From positions 29,727,377 through 29,791,376 of the forward strand of contig NC_057744.1 in the NCBI RefSeq assembly GCF_004010195.1: a DNA stretch of 64,000 nt. Reading direction: 5' to 3'. Source of the stretch: Chiloscyllium plagiosum (taxonomy: Eukaryota). The notes beneath the pieces are model-generated. The model had not been told where the DNA came from. It made no database searches and saw nothing but the letters and a program-made list of their open reading frames with translations. Shown here piece after piece: positions 63,637 through 64,000 of the stretch; positions within the stretch are counted from its first letter, which is position 1, and the number at the start of each line of letters is the position of its first letter. The translations under genes were made by a program, and so were the position numbers.

Positions 63637-64000
63637 CTGCGTAAGGAGTTGCCATCTCCGTTTGTTTCAGACTGAAGCAAAAACTGTCAACTGCCACAGC
63701 GAGGGCCTGGGCGAAGTTGGCATCCATGAGGAAGGAGCCATCGGAGGAGCTGACCATGCTGCAGCGGGCACTGGTGAAATTGTCCTCGGAGACAGAGCCC
63801 CAGCCATTGGCCAACGAGCCAGCGAGGGAGCTCTCGCACTCGCTGATGCTGGAGGTTGGAGTGCGGCAAAGTCTGTGGAAGAACCTGCGCGAGTTCACAC
63901 GGGCCACCTCCACATCCAGGTCATCATCCTCATCATCGTAGTCTGCATCATCTGTTTCCAGGTCGGAGGGCAGTGGCCCACAGATGTACCCATACGTGTG
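63637..64000 (-). CDS. ROBO4: Roundabout homolog 4-like, cytoplasmic-tail exon (5' part beyond window end)
   Basis: [34 protein letters not shown]...[47 protein letters not shown]; NGWGS/SSSDGSF are ROBO-family motifs and SLANGWGS...ALAVAVDSF is the ROBO4 form; donor GCAG|gtaaat, phase 1. Confidence 0.9.

Overview
Eukaryotic, transposon-rich vertebrate DNA. The repeat set (HE1/V-SINEs, Deu-domain SINEs, CR1 LINEs, Penelope elements) points to a cartilaginous fish, probably a shark (inference). The only host gene is the 3' end of a ROBO4-like gene on the minus strand: one clear cytoplasmic-tail exon (63637-64000, cut by the window edge), a probable next exon (55711-55965) and a predicted terminal exon (51274-51452) with a candidate poly(A) signal at 50741-50746. 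About 50 kb downstream is intergenic and made of nested CR1, Gmr1-like Gypsy, Tx1, Penelope and SINE fragments; there is one assembly gap (44618-45091). The strongest non-obvious signal is at least four families of Penelope-derived short elements carrying minimal hammerhead-ribozyme cores with covarying stems, mostly inserted as head-to-head palindromes with 9-15 bp target-site duplications, several inside ROBO4 introns. Other oddities: an ORF2-ORF1-ORF2 chimeric Tx1 copy, an exact 124-bp inverted templated insertion, and a tRNA-headed LINE with no visible ORF1 plus its deletion-derivative SINE. Repeat boundaries were read by eye and are approximate unless a TSD is quoted; no database search or folding was run.
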